NCBI GenBank assembly: GCA_050084515.1
Contig: CM114271.1
Span: 44,144,001 to 44,208,000, forward strand
Direction: 5' to 3'
Origin: Blasia pusilla
Taxonomy: Eukaryota
DNA: 64,000 nt
The notes beneath the pieces were generated by a model, which was not told the origin of the DNA, searched no databases, and worked only from the letters and a program-made list of their open reading frames with translations. The translations under genes and the position numbers were made by a program. Below, piece by piece: positions 25,781 through 39,370 of the stretch; within the stretch, counting starts at the first letter, position 1; the number at the start of each line of letters is the position of its first letter.

Positions 25781-26757
25781 TTAGAGAGGATTACTCTATC
25801 GTAATAACTGATATCCTGCCTCTGCGTCGAACCGATTTTTATCACTTGCAGCACAGATCCAACCCACTACTTTTGTGTAAAACGGATGACTGAACTTGGG
25901 TGCGCAATTTCTGCAGGATTCCATATGAGAGCCACTTGGTGATTTCTTGTCCCAAATCCGTTCTCCAATTCCTTTATCGAAGTGAATTTGCAGAGCTTCG
26001 TGAGTGGATTGGGACGGCTTTTGTATGGCGTTAGCTCTCTAGATTGCGTCAGCTCTTCATAGTCTCGAGAATTGCAGAGCTCGCGAAAAAGGAAGAATTT
26101 CGTAGGTGTTCCCCATCACTCACAAGCTATTGGTGTGGATGACTTGAGTAATTGGATGATCTGAGATTAGGTGTGTCGCGTGGCTGGGAAACTCCATTGG
26201 TCTTGGAAATCCGGCATCGCGACAGGCATTTTTCAGTTTCAGCATGCTTTTTCGTACCGCCACACGTTGCTCACTGTCCGTTGGTAACAAGGATTCTAGA
26301 GCTTCTAAAGATTTGCCGCACTCCCTCACCTCTGTTTTGAAATGAGCAAATGGTGATGGCTCATCGAGAACCAATTTGTTTCTGTCGGTGTGGTCCTGCC
26401 TCATGGGAAGTTGCGCTATGGGTTTTAAAGACCGATGATTTCCTCGCTATTCCAATCTGCCCATGCAGGGAAAGGTTTTGTAAAACGGAATGAAATGGGG
26501 AAACAATCTGATCTCCTGGGTTAGTTGATTGACTACGGTTGTGACAGTCTTCTCGTGATACATCTCCTCCGTCACGTCCCAAACTTACAAATGGCTCCTC
26601 AATCGTGATGTAGCTGCGCAGAGCATCCATGACGGTACTGTGGAGATTTTCCGCAAGCCTGTGAAGTTCGACTTTCTTCTCTTGTCTGATTTCTTGTCAC
26701 GGGCATTTGACTTTCCTCTCTTGTCTCTTGTCTTGTCACGGGCATTTTCTCCTCCGC

Positions 26758-27001
26758 CTATCTACCTGCATTCACCTCCCCGATTTGATAATGCTAAGCT
26801 TCACCATCCGAAAGTGATCCGAAAGTAAGCGCATTCGGATTACAGCCATCCCCGAAATACAAACAGCAATCGCCTGCATTCAAACTGCTATCTACCTGCA
26901 TTCACCTCCCTGATTTGACAATGCTAAGCTTCACCATCCGAGAGTAATCCGAAAGTAAGCGCATTCGGATTACAGCCATCGTCAAAATACAAACAGCCAT
27001 C
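26758..27001. repeat. Direct duplication, ~130-bp period (2 copies)
   Basis: ctatctacctgcattcacctccc...ccgaaagtaagcgcattcggattacagccatc at 26758 and 26888. Confidence 0.9.
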
Positions 27002-29459
27002 TAATTTTCTAATTTCTAATCTTGTCGAATTTGTGATCAATTGTGTTGTGGCTTTACGTGAGGGACGAGAAGTCCATTGCTGGAGGGTACCCAGAGTAGT
27101 ACGTTTCCGTCGTTGTAGTTGACGGAGGTGCTTGGTTTCGGTTAACACAATCCAATTGTACATTAGAAAGCCCAAACATTCGAAACCGATAGATCCTGCG
27201 TGAAGTCGCCTGTAAATGTCATAGACTTGCCGGAATAAATAAAGGACCAAGGACGTAGGACTTCCGCGACCTGGTTTAATTGGGACCTGGTTTTAAGGGC
27301 CGGGTCCCATGGGCCTCCGTAGAGGTCGCGGCGATCTTATTTCCGCGACCATTTTGTATTTCCGTAGGACAAGCCAAGAAAATACACAAACCGTTAGATA
27401 CGTAGATATGCCAATTTCTGAGGAAAAGAATTTCCCGCCCATGGGACCCGGCTCAACCTGTGCGCTTGTTTCCGTAAGCATAGGCCCAACGCTAACCTGT
27501 GCAGCCGGTAAGGAATGGATTCGAGTTTCGAGATCCTTCGATTGGTAGCGGAGTCTGAGGGGATCTAGTGCATTCGGGACCAGGAAAATGAAAGGAGGAT
27601 GCAGTCTTTTGTTGAAGAGGTCTGAGTGGGCCGCGAATGAGTGGGAGGAGCGGGTAAATAGCACTGCATCTGGGCTATGAAATGAAACCAAATGCAGGCT
27701 GTCTCGTAACAAGTGTCCGTGTGGGATTTCTCCGAAGGTCGTGGAATTGGGACCCTCTGCAATGAGGGCGACCTGCGTTGGTAGCACGGGGAAGGATTCT
27801 CCCGCTCGATGGAGGAGTCTTCTCCAGTAGCCAAAGCTGAAAGGAATCGGTCTGCGATGCGACAGAATGTGCGAGGAAGCAAGAAGAATCCGGCATCCAT
27901 GGATAATTTGGGTTGGTAAGACGCGGAGAGATAAACACTCTGAGATGGAAAAATTCCGTGGATATTTTCCTGCTTGATCGCCGACACCATCACCGGATTC
28001 CCGGAGAGGAAGAAGAGACCATTTCGCTCAGCGAGTCGTCCTTGAAAAGCCGAGTGTGTGATCGGTGTAAGTCTCTAGGAATGTAACAACCGAAAGGATC
28101 GCATCGAATGCTGGATAAATCTCATCCTCAACCCCTTCGCCAGGTGATAAGCCCATGAGAGAAAGGAGAAGGCCGTCTCCTGGAGGATCGCATGCCCGGA
28201 GTGGCCATAATGGATTGCCGGTACATTGCGCGTAAGAGATCATGCGGCACGGCAGTCGAGATGCGAGGGGAGGGAGCAGCCGGGTGGTCAGTGCTTCGAA
28301 AGTGTCGTGCAAGGCGGGGATAGAAAGTGAAAGTGCCACTTTCACACCGAAGTCGACCTCCATCGTTCATAGCCAGACACACAGAAACGCTCGCCGTTGA
28401 CGCCCCAAATTCTTTTCCTACTCGTTCTCGAATCCCGCTCGGCCCAGCGCCCAGCCGTGCAGGCAGGAAAAGGGCGTTACCTAGAGCTACGGAGAGCCGG
28501 TTTGGGTATGACTTCGACTTGATCGGTTCCCGAGCCGATTTGGTGATGCATCCGAAGTGATCAATTCCCATGCACATCACTTGCTCGTGAGCCAGCAGAA
28601 GGGCATTACGTTCGCCGACGGTCCTCTCATTCCCTCCACTGATGTGGAAATTCGAGTACACTAGACGAGTTCGACTGTACGACTTCAATTCCCAACGAGG
28701 ACAGAGCGTTGGTTCAAGAGAAGAAAGTCCAAGCCCCAGATCGCCCAAGCATTGAATGCGACGTGCTACAAAAATTCCCACGATCGTAATCCGAGGCAAT
28801 CATCAATCGCCTCGAAGAACCCCGACCCCCACAAGACAATGAGCTCAAATAGAAGATGGTTAGAGGGGAGCACAGGGCAATCCGCTGGTGCACTCGCATC
28901 TCCATACGCACATTTCTTTAATCAATGAAAAGTGTAACAAAGACCGATCGGGAAGCCGAAAAGCCTCAAGAATAGCAAGCTTCCTGGTGACCTTGCGGGT
29001 TTCTCCACCAGCCAAATTTCAGGATCTCCAATACACTACGAGAGGCGGGAGGAGCACTCGGTCGACTGGCCCATGAAACGCATCTGAAGACTAGGTTTCC
29101 AGTCTCAAAATTTGAACTCCGGTATCCCCCTTGCATCCCAGACCATCACTCTCGCAGAATATTTGGTGCCACACCAGGCATGCTAAAATCCCCCCACCTA
29201 GCCTGCCTCCCTCCTCCCAGGCAATCAACATTAAGAGTGCTCACCTGATATCCTGAGGGACAAATTGAATGTTGCAAAATTAAGTCTCGCACAAAGTCAG
29301 GAGATGCTAGAAGGTGGTGTAGTAGTAGTGTCACGCTTTCTTGGCTCATTACAAAAATTGATGAGTTCAAAATTCTCTTTACAAAAATTCGCAGCTAATT
29401 GCGCAGTTAGTTTCCGTATCGTCTACGCAGGAGTGCGTCCACATGTGGCACTCGTCCAG

Positions 29460-32400
29460 TTATCGTGTGCGCATGGTCCTCATGCAATCTTTAACCATTG
29501 TGAGTATGCGCGGGAATTCAAAGAATGCAATAGATGCTTCACCCTCTAGCCCTACACGGGTACATCGATTGTTCCCTGACAAGTTGTTACATGGGCTCCC
29601 TCCAACGACGAGGTCAAACCCACCAAATCGGGAGACTAGCTTTCTTACTACATCCAAATCTAATTCGTTCACGTCGTGATAATCATGAACAAGAACACCT
29701 CTCTGCCTAGTACTTTTCCACCAGTACTTTAGAACACTTCTTGCATTTTCATCGATTTCAACACTGACTACGACTTTTAGATGTATCCCCAACTTATGCA
29801 GCGCCACTTCTGCCCCTCCGATTCCAGTGAACAGAGACAAGACTCTCATGCCTAGAGGGAACAGGGGCTTCAACACCGACAAGTGATAGGCGACGGTGTT
29901 TACCTGGTAACTGTTTCCCAGCAGCTTGGCTCGGTTTATGTTTGAAAAGACACTCCGAGTGTGATGTCGATTGAAACCCATGATTATCTCCGTCTCTTCC
30001 ATGGTTAGAGGGGACAATTCATAGCTGTTGTGCCATACAAGATTCCATTTCCTTGCCCAAAACATGAAATCCGCTTTCTCGTCTTTAGTGGGATCCCTAT
30101 CCTCATCAATCGATTTTTGCAAACACTGCATAACTTTCCGTCTCACAAAATGTGATGCAATCGATGTATTTATGGTACACAACTTCACCCGATCATCCCA
30201 CCTTGGCCAGCTTTTATCTGTGCAGTTATGATCCATTACAGCTTCCTGAATGGTCATAGGTGGCTTGGGAAGGAGGTCAAGCCTGCCCTCTACTGGCAGG
30301 TTATGTATGTATCCTCGAGGCCTCCGACAGGCAGTGAAGTTCAAAGAATCAACAAACTCTGGTTTGATGTTGTATAAATGCCTCTGAATGTTCTCCCACG
30401 AACCCTTCGGGGTCGTGCAAACGTTTTCAAAATAAAAGTACGGTGGGCCCTTCACATCTTCCGGAAGATATCGGGGAATCACTGGGTAACCTGGTACTCC
30501 AAAACCTGTTCTGTTAGTTTTGATTTTGGGGATATCTCCTGGAGAGGGCAGGGCCCCACGTTCCACACGCTTAGTTTTGAGTGAAGCATTTTTTCGTCGT
30601 TTGACTGGAATGCTTGAAAATCCATCCTGCTCAAGCATTCCCCAGACGCACAAACCACCAATGTTCAGTGAAGAATACCACCATCAAAATGGCCTTCAGA
30701 ATGCCAAATTTTTTCATTCCCAAGTGTATGTTTTGGGAAACACAAGATGGAAAATTGGAAATATTCTGCATGAACATGGCAGCAAAAGCGATTTCCCATG
30801 ATCTCAGAACAAAACTTTCCATCCCAGCAGTTGTTATTCTCTTCTGCAAAGGGCAATTACCTTGCTCGACCGTTTGCCAGATTTAGCGAGATAAGGCATA
30901 GAGAGCTTCTGGTCATCATCCTGTCCCAAAATTGCAGAATACACAATGACAATAAGAACCCATCTGTGAATCAGTGCTCGTGATAGTTAGAATGCAAGGA
31001 CAGGAAGATAGAAGCCTATCTCCACAGGAGATAAGATGAAATAACTCACATCATCTTCAACGTTGTTTCGAATACATTCCTCCTCTGCCTCGTACTCCAA
31101 AGCCTCAATGAAGTTAACAAGTTCATCAATCTCACCATCAGCTACAACCAGCCCTCTCCATGGTTAAGGACTTTCACCCAAGAAAAGAATACAAACTGAA
31201 GAGAAACTCTTGCCGAGAGAATGCGAGCGATAGTGAGCAAATACAAGCCACTGTGGATAACCAAATTCCAGGGAATCTGTAACTCGGACGATACATACCA
31301 TAAGAATCGAGGGCTCTTTTGCACGCAGGAAGTGAATATTCCATTTTCAGTAACTGTCTGAGCTTCACCCAGTATGGCGAACTTCCCTCGAGAAACTCTA
31401 TGAGGTCATCCTCAGATGCATCTTCCCCTGAATCCCACGACCCCAGTGCCAGTTCTGACTTAGAGAGACATGGCGTTGTGTCCCGACACCTTAGCACCGA
31501 CTGGATTCAACACTGGGCAAGTAAAGGCTATGGCGTTTAAAGTCCAACAGTTCACTGCAAGTGATGGTCAACAGATATAACTAAGGGGTAAGAGGTAAGG
31601 GAGTCACCCATACCACAAGCCTCAACAGCTTGAGATGCGTTGTCTGGATTGAAACCCATCATTACCAATGACTTAGCAGGTTTCCCTTGAAGACATTTTT
31701 TATCAGGCAAAAGTAATTCTGAATTGTTCATCTCCTCATCCAAGTACTGGTCCTCACCCTTCAAACACAAACGAGAATGTTGCTTCAAAAGTTGTTAAAA
31801 CAAGTGACAATTACAATTGCTACATAATGCACAACCTATGACAACATATCATATTAACAGAGCAGTGATCCACATTTATGAGTGAGGCAAGGAATATATT
31901 ACATGGACACTTGACCATGCAGCAGACCCATAGACTTATACTAGAAGGCATGACCCTGCTTTCAATGCTTACCCAATCGGGATCACTCTCGGGATGTATT
32001 TTCAGATGCCTGAGGATATAATCGCAAAGTTCATCTAGACTTTTGTCCTCTCCTGCATGGATCAGACACTTGAGAATCAGATATTATAGAAGAGGAAAAG
32101 CCACAAAAAAATACACAAACACCACAATACTACTGTGGTTGTTGTCAAAGGCACCTAACATTATGGCATCAGAGTGATTCAGTGGGAAAACTGGTTAAGT
32201 CAGAGAGAAGCCAACCACAAGTTTGAAAAGCTTGTTCCACAAGCTTCTCAGCAAAACCCATTCTTGAAAGGGCGGCTTGCTTTCCTCCTTCTTCTGACTC
32301 CTGGCCCCATGGATCTGAATCCAGGCCCCATGGCTCTGAATCAGGGACATATGGCTCTGAATCCGACCCATAATTAACCTCCTGTGGGAAAATGACCACC

Positions 32401-33972
32401 AGCGCTCAATTAGAAAATTACATGAGAGAAATAATAATGCAAGACCTTCACCACCAGAAGTTCTTCACGTCAACACAGGAAGACAGTCAGTCTCGTATTT
32501 TCATAAGCACCTTCACATTTTTCAATATGGCCAGGATCAATCGGTAGAAATGATAATAGAAGTAACGCACATAGGCCCAAATGATTACGGCTCAGGTGAT
32601 ACAGATGAATCAAGAAAGGCAGTTGATGCTTTGAAGAAAAAGGGTTTTAGCAAACAATGCCCATTGCAAGGAAGCAGTCACTCAGAGACCCTCAGCCTGT
32701 AGAACGCATTTCCAAAGCCCATTCACCTCTTCAAATGGACCGTCCACGGGAGCTTTCCCTTTGTCCACAACACCCTGAGATCGCGACTGGACAATTTCCA
32801 TCTTCTCATACTGGTCGACTGGATCATCATCTGGGAAAACTTTCTGCTTAGCACTGCCGATGCAGTCGGCCTTTCCAGATATCCCTTTCACCATGACACC
32901 AGAAGCACTCTCATGTCGTACCAGTTCGGCTCCTGGTAAAGATGAAAACTCCTTATTGTGAGCTGAGCTCGACGGATCCTGGAAGTCGAACAATACCCAC
33001 AAAATGAGGAGACGCCAACAGAGCCCAAGAAGGCACTCCCACAACAATCACATTTCGTAAGGCCCAAAAGGAAGGCAGGCGTCAGATCTTCCACGAAGTA
33101 GTGAGATTTCGTGTCATTCTAGAATCACGTAATTGTTTGCAACATCCTATGCCGAATTGCAATAGTACCGCATTCTTATAAAAAACCAGCCCCACATTTC
33201 CCTCAACTCCCTCACTCCAGACCCTATGTAGTGACCTACTCAAGGTATTACCTCCCACACCAAAGGTCAGGAGGGAGGGAGGAAAACCAAACCATAAAAA
33301 CAACAAATAGTACCTTCATGACGGATTGTCCTTGCATCAGAAGGCTGTCGATGATCTGCTCCAAGCTCCAGCTTGCTGCAATCGCAAAATTGCAACAGTA
33401 TGAGCAATTCAGCGAGAATTACAGGCAGATGCGAATTCATGGCTAGCAAACGGAAATCCAGAGAAATCACTCACGGTTTACTCGAAGGGCGTCTGAAGCT
33501 GGTTCAATTGGAAAGCCAGCTTCGACGAGTCTCGCTAGCTTTCCATCGCACTCTTCTTCGAGTGTTTCGACATGATCGCGCTGCTGGGACATCAATTTTT
33601 CGTTAAGCCCTCGTTTAGAAAGGGGGGAAACGACCTCATATCTGAAAGAGCGGTAAAAAGCAATGCTGACGGAAAAGAATTGCAACAGCGGAGAAGCCAT
33701 CTCACTTGGGGACGGACATCGTCGCTACACGACGAACCAGAGGCGACGCTATCGCCATCATCGTCCAAATCCTGTGTAACAAAAGGCACACTTTCGCAGA
33801 GCCCTCTGACGAGCTGGGCCACTCTTGGATCGCCCAAATTCCCCATACGTTTGCAAGCGTGAAACAGCCTCGATGCCCAATGAAGACTCCCTCGCAGTCC
33901 ACCCAACGAAATCAATCATCTGTTCCCGGTCTCCATCACCTCCGAAGACACCTCCACATCCTCCTCCCCCAT
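29460..33972 (-). CDS. DRM2: DOMAINS REARRANGED METHYLTRANSFERASE (DRM-type de novo cytosine-5 methyltransferase), about 786 aa, 12 predicted coding exons, four UBA-like repeats
   Basis: Last exon has the permuted motif order typical of DRM: YFENV (VI), RRPRGY (VIII), LGNSYQ (X), then SLFTGIGG (I) and GGSPCNN (IV). Phase-consistent GT-AG exons read by hand: 33972-33940, 33771-33706, 33583-33475, 33375-33314, 32978-32727, 32381-32216, 32052-31973, 31758-31614, 31427-31299, 31141-31050, 30920-30861, 30626-29460. The 5'-most exons are less certain; the symbol denotes the family, not proven orthology. Confidence 0.93.
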
Positions 33973-34534
33973 TCCGCTGTGACAGAATGGAGGAATCTCC
34001 ACCAGAGACCCACCCATTCTAGCCGCGACTCTCCCTCCATCGAAAGCCCCAAAATCCCGAACCAATTTCAAGAGTCCAGTGATCCGCTCCGCGAAAATGT
34101 AGTGCCAATTTCGCTGACCGTTATCACTGCGGCAACATCCACTCCCACACGCACCCAGATGCCGTCTTTCGCTCGCTGCGACAGTTCGATCCCCGGCCTT
34201 CCGCCCCTCACACGCCGACCTCGCTCTCAAGTCTTTCTCTGCAAGCGTAGCAGCGCAGCGAATCGGCTCCTCCTCTTCTCTCTGGTCACTGCGTCTCGAC
34301 TCTCGTATCTTGACCTTCGCTGCGGGTTCGAACGGGGGAACTATTCTCGCCTGCCCGTCATTGCCGTGAAATGTGGAGGTCTGTCGTTCTCCGCCCGCCT
34401 GCCCTCCTTTCTCCTTTCGCAGTCAACGACTTACTCACTCGTCGCTAGCCGGAGACGTTTGTCCCGTTGGCGGCTCCTCGTCGTTACCCGGGCAGACTTT
34501 CACTCATCCGGACTCCGGAGGTCTTTTTATCTAC

Positions 34535-36799
34535 TAGGGCTCCTAAATTCCGGGTACGGTCGGGTTTGGAGGGCCCCTGTTATGGATAATCCCCGTTCGG
34601 GGCGTTTCTCCACCTACATCCGAAATCGTCCACTCGGGAGAATTGAGAAGGAATAAAATATATGTAGAAAAAGGATGGGAAACCCATCACGATACAAAAG
34701 AGGGGGCATGGACAGCCAAAAAATAGACCTCAAGAGACTTTTCCCTAACGACCAAAGACAATATCAGCAACACCTAGAGAATTATGACTACTACTAAGTG
34801 GGCCTCTAGCATTGGAGTCTCCAACCGCCTGAGCCCGCCGAAGAAGCCCATTTGCCTGGGCGCGCTGCAAAGCTATGGAGACCTGTTGCCTACAATAAAG
34901 TATCGTAGTGGCTAAGGATAACCCATTTCTCGACTGGAGATGATGGGCGCAATCCGTAAGGAACGAGTCAAACCTCTCCCCCATCGCCTCGTACATCTCA
35001 ATGGCTAGGGGGATAAATCGATATCCGTCATGAAGTCGACTATAAATGTGGGTCTTCTTGATCGCCGCCGCCGCCACTCCTTGTAGCGATCTCCCTTGTG
35101 CTACCACTTGGGCTCGCACCGCCTCCCGCGTAGGATCCGTCACCACAACATCCGCTACCATCACCTCAGACTCCCTTGTCATGTAGAGATCATCACGGAT
35201 AAGGGAATCCCGCATGGGGTAGTGCCTCTCTCTTTGTACATGGAATCCACTCTCCCGAGCAATAGAGAACATAATATCCCGCACTGCATCGTGAGTGGCT
35301 ATCCTCTCACCCCCAACTGGACACCGTGGCAAATGCACACCAAGTGGATCCAGACTCCGGCGACACTCGCAATGTGTCGAACCAACACCATTTGTTGGGG
35401 CAGGCCCAGTCAAAACCTCATCGCTGTAGTGTAGGTAAGTGGTGCGATGCGGAAAGCCGGGATGAGGGGACGAGCCCCCACCCATGAGCCTGCCCCCTTT
35501 CCGGAGCAAGAGCGAATACGGGCCCGAACCTCCATGGGGATATTCCTGTCCGACGTAGCAACTCTAAACAATGCATCAAAGTGGGCTTCCATCAAAGAAG
35601 ATTGGAGCCCAGACTGTCCGGTGGTAACTAGGGAAGAGAAAGCGGGAAGAATTGCTCTAGCCTCAACAAGAAGGGAGTCTCTACAAGCTGTGAGTGAAGA
35701 CTGAAGTGGGAAAAGACCATCCTCAACCTGGGAAACGTACTGTAAAAGTAGCGGTCTATCCCTAACAAAAAATCGGGAGCAAAGGAGGGGTGCTACAGTG
35801 GCCCAACTCCCTAAAAAGGCTGAAGACGCCACTAACTCAGTCGCTATGAGACCTACTCCACCAAAGGCAATCGGCCAAGAAGCTTGTCTACGAGCTAACT
35901 CCCCCGCGGGGCGCACTCTAATGAGCCGGGTCATAGAAGATCCCCAAACGCCTGCATAATCTTTCTATCAAAGGATCTATACAAGGAAGAAATATGGCTA
36001 GCCGCCCACACGGTCCTACACAGATAACCATGTCTACGGGAAAAACATAACGAGAGGATTCCATAAGCTACTTGAGGGTCACCAATCCTCGTGAGATCGT
36101 CGACATGAAGAAGATCCTCGGTAAGAGCCGCCGCCACAAAACTCGATACAAAGCCCTGGCTCCCGAGTGGGACTCCCAAGACGCGAAGCCCTACAGCAGG
36201 TGTCAAAAAACCGTCGGGTAAATGAATAACCGTTGACAAGCCTAATGAAGACCAAGCCTTGCACTTTCCCACCTTCACCGCAAGGCCGACGTGTGCCAAC
36301 TGTGCTGAAAAGTGCTGAAATGCAGGAACAACCAAGTCTCCAGGGCCAACAATGTGAGTATCATCTGCCAATGAAGGGAAAATACAACCCGGGAAAGCCT
36401 CCACTATAGAAAGAACCGCTCGATAATGAGCCAAAGCAAACAATGCACCACCCAAGGGATCACCCTGACTCGTCCCAGTAGTAGACTCCAAGACCGTGAC
36501 CTCCTCCTTGAACCTACCGTGGTGAAAATAGAGAGTCGAGGGGGCCCCATAAAAAGCATGCATGAAGGGAATCAGACTCGCTATGGGACCCCCTGCGTCT
36601 CTCAGCTCCGTGAAGATAGCTCCGTGAATGCCCGAGACATTGAGTTAAAGGCGTTCTCCACATCAACTTGGAGAACCACCCACTCGGGATGTATATCTAA
36701 ACAAGCCCTCAAACCTAAGGCTACAGCCTCACAACCGGCTGGCGTGGCAACTCCGAACTGGTGCGGACTAAGATGTGACTGGAGAATTGAGTAGCCCTA
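34535..36799. mobile_element. Small TIR element (hAT-like MITE, ~120 bp) split by the CRE-like insertion
   Basis: Left end tagggctcctaaattc; right end reverse-complements to tagggctactcaattc. The halves join when 34648-36791 is removed. No clear 8-bp TSD. Confidence 0.55.
34648..36780 (-). mobile_element. 5'-truncated CRE-like non-LTR retrotransposon (RT + CCHC + restriction-like endonuclease)
   Basis: HQFGV, VDVENAFNS, GTSQGDPLG, LADDTHIVG (RT); CEC..HLPRC, HDAVRD, RDDL..VADVVV, FIPLAIE (RLE). 11-bp TSD ggagaattgag at 34637-34647 and 36781-36791; few frameshifts. Confidence 0.88.
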
Positions 36800-36800
36800 G

Positions 36801-37063
36801 TAGGGGTGTCATCCGGGGTTTTAGGTTTCCCCGGAACTCTCTATTCGGGGACCGGTAGGATCCCAAATGGGTAGGTCTCGAGGTACCTCTTTGGCGTTCC
36901 CGTGGAGTGTCTTTCCTCTATGTTTTGATTTCTTCCCGGGGACCCCATGGAATTAGGGTGTTGTAAAGCTCCCGCCCCCTTTCTTATGGAAGTAGCGGAT
37001 GCCTTTCCGGGCTTGACCCCCTAATCCAGACGATTCCGGATAGCCGCTAAAATGACACCCCTA
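36801..37063. mobile_element. MITE-like element with 12-bp TIRs
   Basis: taggggtgtcat ... atgacaccccta is a perfect inverted pair; GC-richer interior; TSD not evident. Confidence 0.65.
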
Positions 37064-38929
37064 ATATTTCTTTAATGTATTATCTCCCGTAACGGTTTAC
37101 TTTATTTGAATTAGGTTCGGATTTAGTATATGCCACCCACAATTTAGGGCCGGATTCTATGGATGGCCACGAGAGTAGTCAAATTTCCCTAATTAAATGG
37201 GATATTTTGTGCATCCAAAAGTATTTTTATCTTCATTAATTTTGCAATTTTTCCATAATTTTCTAATTATAATTATATTTTATATTAATTTTGATGGGTT
37301 TCTGTCAAAAAAATAATTTTTCCACGTTCTTTTTCCACACATTAGTAATTATTTATGCGATATGATTTTTTAATTTATTCATATAATATACTATACTAAT
37401 TGTTAAGTTAACATAATGATATTAATGCCATTTGGGTTGAGCATTTACATAAAGTCTTACATATTACGACATACAAAGGGTATTACAATTCAAAGGTAAT
37501 CAATACAAACATGTATGATAATAGACACTAAACCCTTAAAACGGATGTTCTAATGAAGAATAAGAATCGAATGTGTGATATGTCACCATTGTAGTGACAA
37601 ATAAGTAACGGCGGCCACCAAAGAGACTTCAATATGAACCCTCATAGGGTTGGCAAGTGACCTGGAAACCTAATCCTAAAGACATTTCCCGAATTCTATT
37701 CATCCACGTCACTTTAGGGATTCGGTGGAGCATTTTGGTGTCTCTGTAGAAAATATGTAATTTTGCACGAACCTCCAAGAGAACTGCAACTTAAGGCCTT
37801 TAAGTTGGGGCCATAAAAATAATTCTTAGGAAGCACTTTCCTTCTGCTATCGCTGGGGACAAAGCACCTACATTTTCACATGTAGCGTGACAAGACACAA
37901 GACTTTGTTATGTTTGTCCACAATGCCTTGATGAAACCTCTAGTGAGTTCAACTTGGTGAGGTTGTGGAGGTATAGTAGGTTGGCTCCACATTGGAGATA
38001 TTGAAAAAATGAGGATTATCTTATAAAAATTGCATCTTCCACAAATGAAAAAAGAAAATAGCAGATAGCCATGTTACAATATTTCACATATGCAAGCAAC
38101 CATCCACAAAATGTATCATGCACTACCTTGAGATATTATTTCTAGTCTTTAAAATCCCACTTCTATCTTTAATTGACAATATAGTCATTAATCTTGTTAC
38201 TTAGTTAAAAAATGAGTCCATATCACACTACCCAATCCCCTATTCAACACCTTACTACAGAATGGATGGATTCAAATTATAATCGCCTTTCTAATGTTCA
38301 TATATTATTAACTAATGGAAATGAAATATAATAATATAATGTTTCATAATGATTGTAGAGTTAGTTCTCTATTCGCTTTTCTTTATAACAAGAGATCCAA
38401 AGGCCTAACAAGGAGTAACCCCCATACTGTATCGTGTCGGTCATATCCAATCTCAAGTCCAAAAGCCATAAATGACTTTAAAATTTCCATACAAAGGGCC
38501 CTGGGCAAAAAAAACACACAATTTTTTTCCATAACCAAAAATAAGAAGATTCCTTTCCTTGGATACCTTATTAGTTTTATCCGCAATTCAAAGCATACCT
38601 ACAATTTAATCTAGGAAATGCCATAAACGGACTTCCTATAAGAATATGAACAAACTAATTACCAAAATCACTTATCATCACCGGCGATTCCATAAATCAA
38701 TTTCGAACGATCGTATTGATCGATTTACAAGTCTCGCTTAACATCTTATCTCACTCTCTTACGTCATAACTCCCATCATTTGAGATATCCATCAAGGCTC
38801 GTATCTAACTTCTGCAACTTACGTCTTATTTATGATACTCCGACGTGCTTTTATTTTTATGCAAGCCCACTAGAATTATGATGTTATGCTTTGGCGCACG
38901 TTTGGTTATGAGGGTTGCGAAAATGATAT

Positions 38930-39370
38930 TGATGACAAGAAGGAGGACTTAAGATGGGGCTACACTAGCACCCAATCTTTTTCCTTGTAGCAACTAGAGT
39001 TAGAGGGACATAACCACCAACTATGGGACAATTGAAGACCCTTTTGATATACTATTGGTTGCATGTATGGATTCCATTGTATGTTTTAGGATAGTGTCTA
39101 GTTTTATGTGTATGGACAATGATAGCCATGTACATATAGGAAAATTATGAAGTCTCTTGAATTGGAGCAAAGAGTATCTACATGGTATATCCGGGAAGGT
39201 TAAACGTCGATGCTAGTAGGTAAATGATGACATATCAAGGGGAAGGGTATTCTAAGTGTGTAGATTGCTCTCTATTTTTTACTCTATAATTGGGTGTGGT
39301 ATCTGATTTTATAAGTGTATGAATGGTGACCACGTTCTAGGTTGCGTAACAATATGTATGCACACGACAC
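38930..39370 (+). repeat. Degenerate 3' UTR/PPT/B remnant of the Gypsy-DNMT/PHD family
   Basis: gatgacaag..gatggggc..gcaccc and ctagagttagagggacataaccacca match 3745-3875; ends tatgtatgcacacgaca. Confidence 0.6.

Noticed and set aside
33706-34656. 316-aa plus-strand ORF
   Set aside because: Antisense to the GC-rich DRM 5' region, no domain, non-ATG start, and runs across a MITE/CRE junction.
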